Shown here: positions 45,094-55,757 of the stretch, piece after piece
How positions within the stretch are numbered: the first letter of the stretch is position 1
How the letters are laid out: each line of letters opens with the position of its first letter
DNA from: a bacterium
GTDB lineage: Bacteria > UBA10199 > 2-02-FULL-44-16 > JAAZCA01
Direction of reading: 5' to 3'
Length of the DNA stretch: 64,000 bases
NCBI GenBank assembly: GCA_963674695.2
Contig: CAXXGI010000002.1
Location: forward strand, 64,001-128,000
Notes under the pieces: generated by a model
Told to the model about the DNA's origin: nothing
Databases searched by the model: none
What the model saw: the letters and a program-made list of their open reading frames with translations, nothing else
Position numbers and translations under genes: made by a program

Positions 45094-45182
45094 GTCATCC
45101 CGAGCGAGCAGGGCGAGTCGAGGGATCTCTTGCGCATGAGATTTCTCCGCTCACTCGATGCTCTCGCTCGGTCGAAATGACA
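45094..45182. repeat. REP-like palindrome (TGTCATCCCGAGCGAG...CTCGCTCGGTCGAAATGACA)
   Basis: Terminal TGTCAT/ATGACA with nested hairpins; related half element at 44642-44671. Confidence 0.7.
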
Positions 45183-45197
45183 CCATGAGGAGCGCCC

Positions 45198-46640
45198 GTG
45201 AAACTGGTTTTCAATCTATTCGTTCTCATCGTTGTTGCTAGCTTTCTTCCGGCCTCCCTCTTCGCAGCACCGAAACACGCCACGATTCTGCACTTCAATG
45301 ACCTGCATGGACATCTGATGGCCGACGGCGATGACGCGGGCGGAGCGGCGCGCTTGACGACGATCGTGCGCGAGATCGAGGCGGCCAATCGTGCGCGCGG
45401 GTGGGCCACCTTCGTTCTCTTCGGCGGGGATGCCTTTACCGGGACGCTGATCAGTTCGACATCAACCGGCGCGGCGGAGTTCGATTTCTTAAACCTCCTC
45501 GGGATCGATGCCTTCGTCATCGGCAACCATGATTTCGACTATGGCCTACCGCGCACCCAAGAGCTCATCGCGGCGGCGAAGTTTCCGGTCATCTCCGCCA
45601 ACATCTATATCGGTGGCGAGCATGGCGATCGATTGGTCTCTCCGAGCGTGATCCTCGAAGATGCGGGCGTGCGCCTCGGGGTGGTGGGAGTGACGATCGC
45701 CTCGACGGGGGAGAGTGCACACCCCGATCACGTGGTGGGACTGCGCTTTACCGATGAAGTTCGCGCCGCCAAGGCGGCGCTGGGTCGCCTGAAGAAAGAG
45801 ACGCCCTTTCGCATTGCGCTCACCCATGAGGGGGTGAAGGCCGATGTGAAGTTGGCCAAAAGGGCGCGCGGATTTTCCGCCGTCATCGGCGGGCATGATC
45901 ACGTGGAGCCGAATCAGTACTGTCGCACGGTGCGCCACATTCCCGTCTGCCAGACGCCGGCTAATGCGGCCTACGTCGGGCGACTTGATTTTGAGATCGA
46001 TGGGCAGCAAGTGCGTGCGATCGGCGAGACGCTCATCCCCGTGACATCCGAGACGTCCGAAGATTCGAACGTGGCACGGCTCGTGCATCGCTATGATCGT
46101 CTGGTGAGTCACCGTTATAATCGTATCATCGGCCGATCCGCAGTCGACTGGCCCGATTCTCGAACCGAGCGCACTGCCCTCGGAACCTTCATCTGCGAGG
46201 CGATGCGCGTGCGCGCCGACACCGATGCCACGCTCTCCAACAGCGGGATGATTCGCTCGGCGCTCACCAAGGGAGCGATTCGCCTGCGCGATCTTCATCG
46301 CATCCTTCCCTACGGAAACAACCTGGTGCGCCTGACGCTCACCGGCGCGCAGGTCCAGGCCGCGCTCGATCATGGTATCGCCAGAGGGGGAGGCGCCTTT
46401 CCCCAGACGGCCGGGATCGATTTTGATGTCGATACAAAGGGGAGGCGCGCGATCAATGTGCGCGTGGATGGTTCCCCGATCGATCCCGCGCGTACCTACA
46501 CGGTGGCGACGAGCTCCTATCTCGCCGCAGGCGGCGATGGCTATGCGATGTTGACCAAAGCTGAGAGGGTCAAGCCTCTGACCGCAACGGTCTTCGACGC
46601 CACGGCCGATCGCGTGCGTCTCCTGGGAGTGCTGCGCTGA
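45198..46640 (+). CDS. Secreted metallophosphatase/5'-nucleotidase
   Basis: Signal peptide; HFNDLHG, GGD, GNHDFDYG, LTHEG, GGHDH, NSGMIR, LAAGGDGY. Confidence 0.92.
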   Translation: MKLVFNLFVLIVVASFLPASLFAAPKHATILHFNDLHGHLMADGDDAGGAARLTTIVREIEAANRARGWATFVLFGGDAFTGTLISSTSTGAAEFDFLNLLGIDAFVIGNHDFDYGLPRTQELIAAAKFPVISANIYIGGEHGDRLVSPSVILEDAGVRLGVVGVTIASTGESAHPDHVVGLRFTDEVRAAKAALGRLKKETPFRIALTHEGVKADVKLAKRARGFSAVIGGHDHVEPNQYCRTVRHIPVCQTPANAAYVGRLDFEIDGQQVRAIGETLIPVTSETSEDSNVARLVHRYDRLVSHRYNRIIGRSAVDWPDSRTERTALGTFICEAMRVRADTDATLSNSGMIRSALTKGAIRLRDLHRILPYGNNLVRLTLTGAQVQAALDHGIARGGGAFPQTAGIDFDVDTKGRRAINVRVDGSPIDPARTYTVATSSYLAAGGDGYAMLTKAERVKPLTATVFDATADRVRLLGVLR

Positions 46641-46856
46641 ATGGTGCGGTCGCTTCTCCCGCGACACTTTAATAAGTAATGTTTTTGGCCGCATCGAGGG
46701 GCGCTTTTTCAAGTCGTCAGACTGCCTCGATTCCCTCCGAACCCCGCATAAAATAGACGTTTGTGGTGTGAGCGGCGCCGGATTTTTCCTTGCCTCTGGC
46801 CGTCCTCCCTGAGTATAAGAATCCGCTCTTATTAAACCTGTGGATAACCTGGATGA

Positions 46857-48248
<1,392 letters not shown>

Positions 48249-48364
48249 ATACCAGTTGTACCGAGGGGATCCGGCCTTGACAGGCCGGCCTCACATGGTC
48301 TAGGTTCCGCTGCTCTTTCGAGCGGCTATCGAGGGTTGTACCTGAAATCATAGGTTTGGTTAGT

Positions 48365-48441
48365 GCGCCTGTAGCTCAGTGGATTAGAGCACCTGACTAC
48401 GGATCAGGGGGCCGGGGGTTCGAATCCTCCCAGGCGCGCCA
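48365..48441 (+). tRNA. tRNA-Arg(ACG)
   Basis: Acceptor GCGCCTG/CAGGCGC + G + CCA; anticodon arm CCTGA-CT-ACG-GA-TCAGG; T-loop GTTCGAATC; upstream TTGACA promoter. Confidence 0.97.
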
Positions 48442-50156
48442 TTGACAGGAGTGGCGAACCTCATCAGTTTGGTGAGGTTCACCCTCCCGGCCGCTTCATA
48501 AAACGTGGAGCGGCCTTCTTGTTTGGGGAACATCTTGACCGGTTCGGGGAATAGGCTCTTGAAATAGGTGTTTGCCTGGACGACGTCCTGAAGCAGAATC
48601 TCGTTTAAATTAAACATGATGGGTTTGAGGGCATAGGGGGTCAAAAAACGACTTGCCGGTTCGTTGGCCTTCAGGTTCCTCAGTTTGAGTTCGAGGCCCT
48701 TCTTCCGTTTCTCCGCCTTGGCAATCGCTGTGGCCACGGTGTTCGACGCATTTCCCTTGGATATGAACTCGACCAAGTTTGACAAACTATGCTCGACCTT
48801 GCCAAGTTCTCTGAGATTTTCCTGTATCTGACGCGGGATAACGGATAGCTTCTCTTTAAGGCGGTCGTTGGTCACTTTGCAGATATGCTCGAGCGTTTTG
48901 GGGTCGTCGACCCATTCCTTGATGAAACCGAGGAAGGTGTCGTTGATCCATTCCGTCCGTGCAAGGCTTTTATTTTTACAGGTGCCCCTGCGATATGCAT
49001 TGCGGCATCCGAAGTAGCCGCCGTTTTTCCCCGACATGGAGATGAAATTTCCGCCGCACTCGCCGCACTTCATCGTTCCGGTGAAGAGGTGATTGGCCGC
49101 CCCGCGATTTTTGCCCCAGATGGATTCAGGTTTATTTCTGGCATTCCTTCGCGTCTCCTCGACGCGTTTCATCTTTACCTGAACTCTATCCCAAAGGCTT
49201 TGAGGAATGATTCGCAGGTGTTCGTGCGTCTTGACGATCCATTCATTTTGGGGCTTTGCCACGTTGATCAGTCTGTCCGTCGACGAATCGCGCCTTACGC
49301 ATGTTCTTCCGAAAATCCATATGCCGATGTACTTCGGATTAATGAGGATTCTGCGGACGACACCACCGGTCCACTTGCCGCCTTTTTTCGATGGGATATC
49401 TTCATTGTTGAATATCTTTGCAATGGCGTCGACGCCCACGTCGGTGGCATCGTAGATGTCGAATACCCTGCGAACGACCTTCGCCTCATCCTCGTTGATC
49501 ACGATGATTTTGTTGTGTGGTTCTCGGATATCTCGTTTTTTGTTTGGATCTTCATACTCGCTTGCAAAACCATACGGATTGTGTCCTGTGGATTTGCCGG
49601 CAATCGCCCGAACCTCTAAGCCTCGCTTTGTCTGGCGCGAGGTCGATTCGGAATACATCTCATTCGCCATTCCCTTGGCGATAAAGTGGATTCTTGCTCC
49701 CTGAGTATGAGAACTTATTCCTTCTGATACGGACAAGAGTTCGGCATTGTAGGCGTGAGCAAGATCGTGTGTGTCGAGGAGATTGCCAAGTTCACGGGTC
49801 AGACGAGAAAGATCGAACACCAAACCGACTTTGAAGAGACCGCATTGGATTGCCGATTTGAATGCCTCGTAGTTATCCCTGCCGACGCCGACGCGTCCCG
49901 TCTTTCCACGATCGGAGAATATCATATCCTTTGCGACGATGATCTTGCAGTCAGGAAAGAGGACGGAACGCACCTGATTTGACTTCAGGCGATGCCGGAT
50001 GAATTCAAGTTGCTCTTCCACGCTCTCATAATTCTGTCTGTTCACCGTACTCTGTCTCAGATAGACGCCGGCCTTTAACTCCGACCCCGGTTGAATGATG
50101 AGTCCGCTCTTTTCCGGGTATAACTCCTTCAGTATTTTTTGTACTTCCTGTTCCAT
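48384..50156 (-). CDS. Large serine recombinase (integrase)
   Basis: VYLRQST catalytic Ser, DLSRLTR, PYGF recombinase domain, CGECG...C...C zinc ribbon, coiled coil. Confidence 0.93.
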   Translation of the reverse strand: MEQEVQKILKELYPEKSGLIIQPGSELKAGVYLRQSTVNRQNYESVEEQLEFIRHRLKSNQVRSVLFPDCKIIVAKDMIFSDRGKTGRVGVGRDNYEAFKSAIQCGLFKVGLVFDLSRLTRELGNLLDTHDLAHAYNAELLSVSEGISSHTQGARIHFIAKGMANEMYSESTSRQTKRGLEVRAIAGKSTGHNPYGFASEYEDPNKKRDIREPHNKIIVINEDEAKVVRRVFDIYDATDVGVDAIAKIFNNEDIPSKKGGKWTGGVVRRILINPKYIGIWIFGRTCVRRDSSTDRLINVAKPQNEWIVKTHEHLRIIPQSLWDRVQVKMKRVEETRRNARNKPESIWGKNRGAANHLFTGTMKCGECGGNFISMSGKNGGYFGCRNAYRRGTCKNKSLARTEWINDTFLGFIKEWVDDPKTLEHICKVTNDRLKEKLSVIPRQIQENLRELGKVEHSLSNLVEFISKGNASNTVATAIAKAEKRKKGLELKLRNLKANEPASRFLTPYALKPIMFNLNEILLQDVVQANTYFKSLFPEPVKMFPKQEGRSTFYEAAGRVNLTKLMRFATPVNGAPGRIRTPGPLIRSQVL

Positions 50157-50250
50157 TCGGAACCCCTTTTTCTAAATAATAATTTGCAATCTGCTCGCCT
50201 AAGAAATTTAAGAATCTCTCAAACGGTTCGGAATAGGTTTTTTCATCCAC
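50026..50250 (-). CDS. Small hypothetical protein overlapping the integrase start
   Basis: ATG overlaps the stop of the upstream gene; amphipathic N-terminal helix; position expected for a directionality factor. Confidence 0.4.
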   Translation of the reverse strand: MDEKTYSEPFERFLNFLGEQIANYYLEKGVPNGTGSTKNTEGVIPGKERTHHSTGVGVKGRRLSETEYGEQTEL

Positions 50251-50473
50251 CCATAGTCACCACCCCCTTCGTCGTTTCATTAAGCTCGCCGTTCCGACCC
50301 TGGTCTCTCTTTGAGAGACTCCTTTTCCCGTCCGCAAAGAAGTCCATCGTCATCTTCCGAAAGGCATGAAATTGATTTTCTGCCAAAGCGCTCTGTCCTA
50401 AATCAAGCATGCGTTTCATAATCCAGTCCAATGTTTGATGAACGTCCTTTGCTTTGTATTTAGCTCCATCCAT
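50243..50473 (-). CDS. Hypothetical protein
   Basis: 76-aa ORF in the leftward operon. Confidence 0.6.
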   Translation of the reverse strand: MDGAKYKAKDVHQTLDWIMKRMLDLGQSALAENQFHAFRKMTMDFFADGKRSLSKRDQGRNGELNETTKGVVTMGG

Positions 50474-50545
50474 AAAAAGATCCAAGTCCTTTGTCCCTTT
50501 TGTTTAACCCTAACCAAGCGATATATCGCCACAATTAGAAGCCAC

Positions 50546-50935
50546 TTACCCATCAAGGCGCATTTGCCGGTCTTCGACCCTCATCGGCTCGCGCTTCAAC
50601 TCCTCGCCAGTTTCCAGATCGACATAGACGCGTTCCTGCGCCTCGTTATCCAGAAAACACGGAAGATCTTGATTGATAGTTTTATGCCCGTACTTCAGTT
50701 CTCTGGCCGCTTCATAGGCCTCGTTCTGTAACTGTTTGATCTGGCCTTTCATGTCATCGTCGTATTCCTTTTTCTCCGATTCGAATTGTTGCATCTGCAT
50801 CAGGGCGTTAGATTGTTTTTCGCCGAGTTCTAGTTTTTCAGCATTGGTAAGAGGTAGTTTGACGTCGACATTTTGCACGCCAAGGCGATGCCAGCCTTTT
50901 TTCTTGGCCATCTGCTGTTCTGTTTCAACAGTCAT
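50546..50935 (-). CDS. Phage-type coiled-coil hypothetical protein
   Basis: AAGGAGG RBS before MTVETEQ; LTNAEKLELG...DLETGEELKREPM...RQMRL. Confidence 0.7.
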   Translation of the reverse strand: MTVETEQQMAKKKGWHRLGVQNVDVKLPLTNAEKLELGEKQSNALMQMQQFESEKKEYDDDMKGQIKQLQNEAYEAARELKYGHKTINQDLPCFLDNEAQERVYVDLETGEELKREPMRVEDRQMRLDG

Positions 50936-51719
50936 ATTGAACCTCCTTGAGTTCTTTTCGTTTCTTGAACCTGTAGTCCGGTCCGGTGAATTCGATGCAC
51001 CGGCACATCTCGATAATGCGCGAGACAATCCTGAGCCCGAGTTTTTCATCCAGTTCCGAAAGATTGCAGTTGGTCGTAAAGATAGTCGGTAATTTAAATT
51101 CGTATCGGTGGTTAATGAGAACGAAGAGAGTTTCGAGAACCCACTCGGACGTCTTCTCAGCCCCAATGTCATCCAGCACGAGGAACCGAACCGTCTTTGC
51201 AATGTTTAGGAGATGCGTTTTCTTGCCCTGATTTTTGACGCGATCATTCATGGCCTCCCGCAACTCCAGCAGAAATTCAGGGCAGGAGATAAAGAGCGTC
51301 CCAACTGACCCAATAATCCGATTGGCAATAGCCGCTGCCATGTGTGTCTTACCTGTGCCCACCGGTCCGAAAAAGAGAAGGCCTCCGTCGTCGGACTCGT
51401 AATTCATCGCCGCATCGTAAGCATGTTTTGTCCCCGATGTTACCTCGAAGTTTTCAAATGTACGCTCCATGAATCGTGGCGAGATGCGGGAATTGCGAAA
51501 TGCCTCCTGAATCTTGGCCTGTTCCTCTCGGGCCTTTTCACGGATATTCCGTCCCTCTTCGCATCTTGGACACCGATCCTGCGGACTGAACCATTTTGGA
51601 GGCATATCCAAGAGTGCCGGGCGCAAGTACGGCTCTACCAATCGCCCACATTCGATGCATGTGCCATCTGGTGGACGATCACTCACAGACATCGGCATAT
51701 TTGTCTCGCTTACCTGCAT
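50925..51719 (-). CDS. DnaC/IstB-like ATPase (helicase loader)
   Basis: CxxC...CxxC zinc site, TFENF, Walker A GPVGTGKTH, Walker B LVLDDIG, TIFTTN, RIVSR. Confidence 0.92.
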   Translation of the reverse strand: MQVSETNMPMSVSDRPPDGTCIECGRLVEPYLRPALLDMPPKWFSPQDRCPRCEEGRNIREKAREEQAKIQEAFRNSRISPRFMERTFENFEVTSGTKHAYDAAMNYESDDGGLLFFGPVGTGKTHMAAAIANRIIGSVGTLFISCPEFLLELREAMNDRVKNQGKKTHLLNIAKTVRFLVLDDIGAEKTSEWVLETLFVLINHRYEFKLPTIFTTNCNLSELDEKLGLRIVSRIIEMCRCIEFTGPDYRFKKRKELKEVQYDC

Positions 51720-52686
51720 TGATTGACAATTCTCCCTTCTTTGCCCACCTGTTCAGCTCGCGAATAAAGAGCAGAAACGGATAGCCTTTTTCCCGGATTC
51801 CATTTTCTTTACATCGGAGATAGGCCTTTACCGCTCCCCGGAACACGTCATCGCTTTGAATTTTCGCCACCGTATTTTTTGCGGCACCACCTTCTTCGCG
51901 GTAGTTTCCCACGATGTATTCCCTGCCTATAGCCAGTTGATATTCCTCTGTGAAGATTTCAAGGCGTGGATGTGTCCGGCTCTTTTTTCGTGAGTCTTGT
52001 TCGTTGCCGGCAGATTTGACATCGTGCCGAACCGATGACCCGACAGGTTTGACTTCGCTCGGGGTCGAGGACCCGGTAGGTTTAACATCCCCCGGGGTGG
52101 ATGTGGTGCCGTGCACCCCCTTTTCCGAAGGAAAAGGTATATTATCTACACACTGAACACTAGGATGCATAATCGGTACATCGCTGTACGATTTCTGTAC
52201 TCCATGTGGATATGCATATGCATTGCTCGTGGATTTGCCCCATCTCTTGTTTGCGGCTCTTTTTCTGGTCAGCCGATATTCCGACTGGCGAATAAACTCT
52301 TTCAATACCGCCTCTTGAACCCACAGATCATCAACGAGCTTCCAAGAACTCTGCCTTGAATCTTCGTTGAAGATCTGTGATTTCAAACGATTCCACTCAG
52401 GATGATTGTGTGCCCATCTTTTCAGTTTTTGGTCGTCGTTGGGAAGTGTACCCGGGGGATCCTGTTGCCAGCATATACATATGAAATGCATATGCATGCC
52501 TCGCGCATCCCAGTCCATCAGCATCACGTTATTGTCTCCGAGCCACTGCTTAACGCGAAACATAAAGCCCGGAGGATGGTTGCCGGGAGACTGTTTCATG
52601 ATTTGTCTGGCCGTGTTTATCAATTGACGTATCTCCTCAATTTTCTCCTCTGGTAAATTTGCCATATGCATTTCTGTTTCCCACAT
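51679..52686 (-). CDS. Phage replication initiator (YdaU/DUF1376-like N-terminus)
   Basis: P.FMF.V..WL.D...M....RG.....IC.CWQ...GTLPNDD; low-complexity middle; directly upstream of the DnaC-like gene. Confidence 0.7.
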   Translation of the reverse strand: MWETEMHMANLPEEKIEEIRQLINTARQIMKQSPGNHPPGFMFRVKQWLGDNNVMLMDWDARGMHMHFICICWQQDPPGTLPNDDQKLKRWAHNHPEWNRLKSQIFNEDSRQSSWKLVDDLWVQEAVLKEFIRQSEYRLTRKRAANKRWGKSTSNAYAYPHGVQKSYSDVPIMHPSVQCVDNIPFPSEKGVHGTTSTPGDVKPTGSSTPSEVKPVGSSVRHDVKSAGNEQDSRKKSRTHPRLEIFTEEYQLAIGREYIVGNYREEGGAAKNTVAKIQSDDVFRGAVKAYLRCKENGIREKGYPFLLFIRELNRWAKKGELSINAGKRDKYADVCE

Positions 52687-52808
52687 CCATACTCCCTACT
52701 ATGAGGCAGAGCAGCGTGTTAGCTGCTCTCCACTAGCAGCCACAGGCGACCTTAAGGAGGGAACATGGATCGCCTATGTGACTGGCGGGCTGGGGGATGC
52801 CCGCTATA

Positions 52809-53165
52809 CTAATTTTTCGGTTTATCTTTAAAACATTTTTTCTTCTCCTGATCGCCCAGCGCTTTATAGCCCGCAATGGGCTTCGTTCCCGGCTTCCAGA
52901 CAAACGTTGGGGCGTAACCGAGCTCAATAAACTTCTTCGCGGCCTCATGTGTGATCTTCCAGTTTGCAACGATCCAGTCTTCCATCGCGCTGGTCGTTTC
53001 AAAAACAGGGCTCACCGGAGTTCCTTCACTCACGTTTTCATAAATTTGATAACAGGTCGCCTCTTCTGAATTCCACTGCGGCATGTCTGAAAGCGGTTCG
53101 TATTTTCCTTTTGCATCCCTTGGGTGTTCCCAATTTTTAGGAATCCGCCTGATCTCCCGTCCCAT
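52809..53165 (-). CDS. Phage hypothetical protein
   Basis: AAGGAG RBS before MGREIRRIPKNWEHP; YQIYENVSEGTPVSPVF. Confidence 0.65.
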   Translation of the reverse strand: MGREIRRIPKNWEHPRDAKGKYEPLSDMPQWNSEEATCYQIYENVSEGTPVSPVFETTSAMEDWIVANWKITHEAAKKFIELGYAPTFVWKPGTKPIAGYKALGDQEKKKCFKDKPKN

Positions 53166-54054
53166 AACCTTCTCCTTTCCCATTGCCATTACCGTTTTTT
53201 CTCTTTTCCTGTAATCTCCGAACTTTTTCAGCCAGCGCCTCTGTCTTGTTTGCATGATTTCCGTTTTGCGGCTCCGACTCCAGCCCCGGGAATATCTCAT
53301 CTATCTTGGCATCGCCGTCTTTGATCGCGGTTCTCACACCCGTCAATGTCTCCAATTCATTCAGGCCAATTTCGGAGACACTCTTTTTGCCAATTGCCTG
53401 CAGTATCCGCTGTTCCGATATCCCCATCTTGGCAAAATACTCTATTGCCCTGTAGCGACGCTCAGCGAGCGTTGACGAATCGCCGACCGCTTTCTGCTTT
53501 GCCGCAAGATAGATGGAATCGATCAGCGATTTTGGAACGACCTTAAAGATGACATTTCTAAGGGCAATTGCGCAGGCAGCGTTCGACGCTAACGTGATGA
53601 GGTCTTCATTATATTTCTTGCCGTTACTGTAGGTGATACGCCTCTTGACCTCGAGTGTCATGGCGACGTTTCGTTCGAGATCGTGAGCCATCCCTTGTGC
53701 CACGACACAGCCTTCTTCTTCGCGTACGATGCGGGCGGCATATCTCAAATTTCGCCAGCATGAGCCGGCGATCTCTGCAAGACGTACACCCGGACCTTCG
53801 ATATAGGTCTGAATCCACTCGCCGGTGACCTCATCCTTCTTCTTGCGCGGGAGTTTGTAAAAGCACGATGCCGCTGTATCTTCGTCTGCGATTGCAATGG
53901 CCAAGGCTTCTTTTCTAAATTGCTCGATGTCTCTTGGATACCTGTGAGCGGTTGCGATCTGTATATCGATCTCTTCGTGAAGTCCCATGGTGTTATTCAC
54001 CGGAACGATTCTTGCTTCCTGTACCTGCATCTCCTGTGCGTTTGATCCGTTCAT
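53137..54054 (-). CDS. Probable single-strand annealing protein (partner of YqaJ)
   Basis: GGAGG RBS; coupled to yqaJ; EIDIQIATAHRYPR...GPGVRLAE...AHDLERN...NAACAIALRN; function inferred from position. Confidence 0.6.
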   Translation of the reverse strand: MNGSNAQEMQVQEARIVPVNNTMGLHEEIDIQIATAHRYPRDIEQFRKEALAIAIADEDTAASCFYKLPRKKKDEVTGEWIQTYIEGPGVRLAEIAGSCWRNLRYAARIVREEEGCVVAQGMAHDLERNVAMTLEVKRRITYSNGKKYNEDLITLASNAACAIALRNVIFKVVPKSLIDSIYLAAKQKAVGDSSTLAERRYRAIEYFAKMGISEQRILQAIGKKSVSEIGLNELETLTGVRTAIKDGDAKIDEIFPGLESEPQNGNHANKTEALAEKVRRLQEKRKNGNGNGKGEGYGTGDQADS

Positions 54055-54923
54055 ATTCTCACCTCCTGTGCCTTCTTGAATCTGGCCACTCGGTATGTTG
54101 ATGCGGCGACCAGATATTCCTTTCGGGCCTGCTCAAAATAGGTGACCCTCCCAAGGTCACAGTCTGCGGCCTCGGCATCACTTAACAGCGTGAGTAAAAT
54201 CTGCTCGGCCTCTTTTTTGTCCTTGTCGGCAAGTCTCAAGACCTCTTTTGCATCGAGCCATTTTTTGACGACATCCGATTCGACCGAAACGACCTTGTTT
54301 GGTACGCGGCGGATCCTCTTTAGGAGAGAGATGGCGGGGAGATTATCTTCGGGTGGAATTTCCTTTTTCACATTATCGTGCCAGAACGTTAGCTCGATAT
54401 CCTCAAGGTCTTTGATGAATGTGTCATTTCGTTCTATCTTATAAAGTCTGAAACCGACACCACCGAGCAAAACCGGAACCCAGATCAGTTTCATCCCAGG
54501 AACCACAGCCATCTGATGCTGGCATTGAACGATGACCCGCTCGGGCACTTCATCGCTGTGAGGCTCTCCCCATTCTGTCGGTTCATAGGGGCCGGTGATT
54601 CCGGTTGTCTTCGCCTCGACACCTTCCGGAGAACCGACAACCTCGGCATCAAGGTTTGCCGCCATGATTCCGTTTGTGTGAACGCGGTTGCGATTCCTTC
54701 TAATCTTCTGACCCGTCTCCTTCATGAACCAGTTGAGGACTGCATCCTCGCAAAGATTTCCAACCTCCATTGCGTCTGACGTCTTCTCCTCATCCAGCTC
54801 TTTTACCTTGGAAAAGTAGACGTCCGCGATATTGCGGAAGTGATCGACCCCGACAATCGCGGGGGCATCACTCGATCCAAGGTAGTTCCTTCTCCTCTGT
54901 CTTTGTGTTTCTGTTATTGGCAT
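54051..54923 (-). CDS. YqaJ/lambda-exonuclease-family nuclease
   Basis: RRNYLGSSDA..I.G, G..CE, ANLD, EAKT, QCQHQM. Confidence 0.92.
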   Translation of the reverse strand: MPITETQRQRRRNYLGSSDAPAIVGVDHFRNIADVYFSKVKELDEEKTSDAMEVGNLCEDAVLNWFMKETGQKIRRNRNRVHTNGIMAANLDAEVVGSPEGVEAKTTGITGPYEPTEWGEPHSDEVPERVIVQCQHQMAVVPGMKLIWVPVLLGGVGFRLYKIERNDTFIKDLEDIELTFWHDNVKKEIPPEDNLPAISLLKRIRRVPNKVVSVESDVVKKWLDAKEVLRLADKDKKEAEQILLTLLSDAEAADCDLGRVTYFEQARKEYLVAASTYRVARFKKAQEVRI

Positions 54924-54970
54924 TGCCTGCCTCCTTTCTCCGTCTTTAAGAGTTCTGTTGACGGATGTGC

Positions 54971-55063
54971 CAACATGTTGTAACTAAATTTTACACAACC
55001 AAAGTCCTTGTAATTGCTTCTGATTCTTCTGTTTTGGTTTTGTGCACCATTGTTACAACATGT
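54971..55063. promoter_or_regulatory. Paired inverted operator-like sites between divergent genes
   Basis: ACATGTTGTAAC (54973-54984) and GTTACAACATGT (55052-55063); palindrome CAACATGTTG at 54971-54980. Confidence 0.6.
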
Positions 55064-55082
55064 AGCAATACTGGAGGCCGAT

Positions 55083-55307
55083 ATGTCAAGTCCTAAGAGA
55101 AATAAGATCCACCACGGATTCCGCCTAGATGCCCAACATCTTAAAATTATTAAGGAATTACCGATAAAAGACCCCTTGACCTTCCGCACCCAGGCCGAAA
55201 TAGTCGATGCCGCACTCGACCATTTTCTCGAACTTACCAAGGAAGAACAGAGAGAAATCATGACCAAATACCTCCTTAAACAGCGTCAGGGAGAACCCAA
55301 TCCGTAA
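55083..55307 (+). CDS. Small ribbon-helix-helix-like DNA-binding protein
   Basis: GGAGG RBS; HHGFRLD strand followed by helices, TQAEIVDAALDHFL. Confidence 0.55.
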   Translation: MSSPKRNKIHHGFRLDAQHLKIIKELPIKDPLTFRTQAEIVDAALDHFLELTKEEQREIMTKYLLKQRQGEPNP

Positions 55308-55400
55308 ACCCTAAATCCTCGCAGTGCCCACAAGATCAGGTGCCCCAAAAAATAAAGCGCCGACAAAACAATAAATACGGCCATAGCGGCCTCTATATAT

Positions 55401-55637
55401 TTATGCCTCATCTTTATCCTTCAGAAACGCCATAAGTTCCTCGGGAGGCGTGTTTGTTGCCTTAGCAATTTTGATGAGATGTTTGATGGGCATTTCCCCG
55501 GTAGATTGATCCCGTTCCCATCGCGAAACTGTCGACATGTGAACACCGACCATTGTGGCCAATCTTGTCTGCGAGAGACCCGATCTACGTCTAACAGTCC
55601 TAATTGCCTCCCCAATTGTTAGATGTTTAGTAATCAC
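55401..55637 (-). CDS. XRE-family HTH regulator (Cro-like)
   Basis: IGEAIRTVRRRSGLSQTRLA..VGVHMSTVSRWE; GTG start, apparently leaderless. Confidence 0.85.
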   Translation of the reverse strand: MITKHLTIGEAIRTVRRRSGLSQTRLATMVGVHMSTVSRWERDQSTGEMPIKHLIKIAKATNTPPEELMAFLKDKDEA

Positions 55638-55708
55638 AATCCTATATTAAATATTAAATCACGACTGTCAATCCTAAATTTTTAAATTGCATAAGAAATT
55701 TAGGGTTG
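55637..55708. promoter_or_regulatory. Divergent promoter/operator region
   Basis: CAATCCTATATT (55637-55648), CAATCCTAAATT (55669-55680), inverted AATTTAGGGTTG (55697-55708); minus-strand TTGACA at 55666-55671. Confidence 0.65.
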
Positions 55709-55757
55709 TAGATACTATTTCTTTGCATTCATGACGTATTTTTGCTATGGATGACGA

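Noticed and set aside
46839-46847. Perfect DnaA box (TGTGGATAA) upstream of tpl
   Set aside because: A single box; may be regulatory or chance, and is not enough for an origin
50925-51719. IS21 IstB helper
   Set aside because: No istA transposase or IS ends; the N-terminal zinc site and upstream replication gene indicate a phage DnaC-like loader
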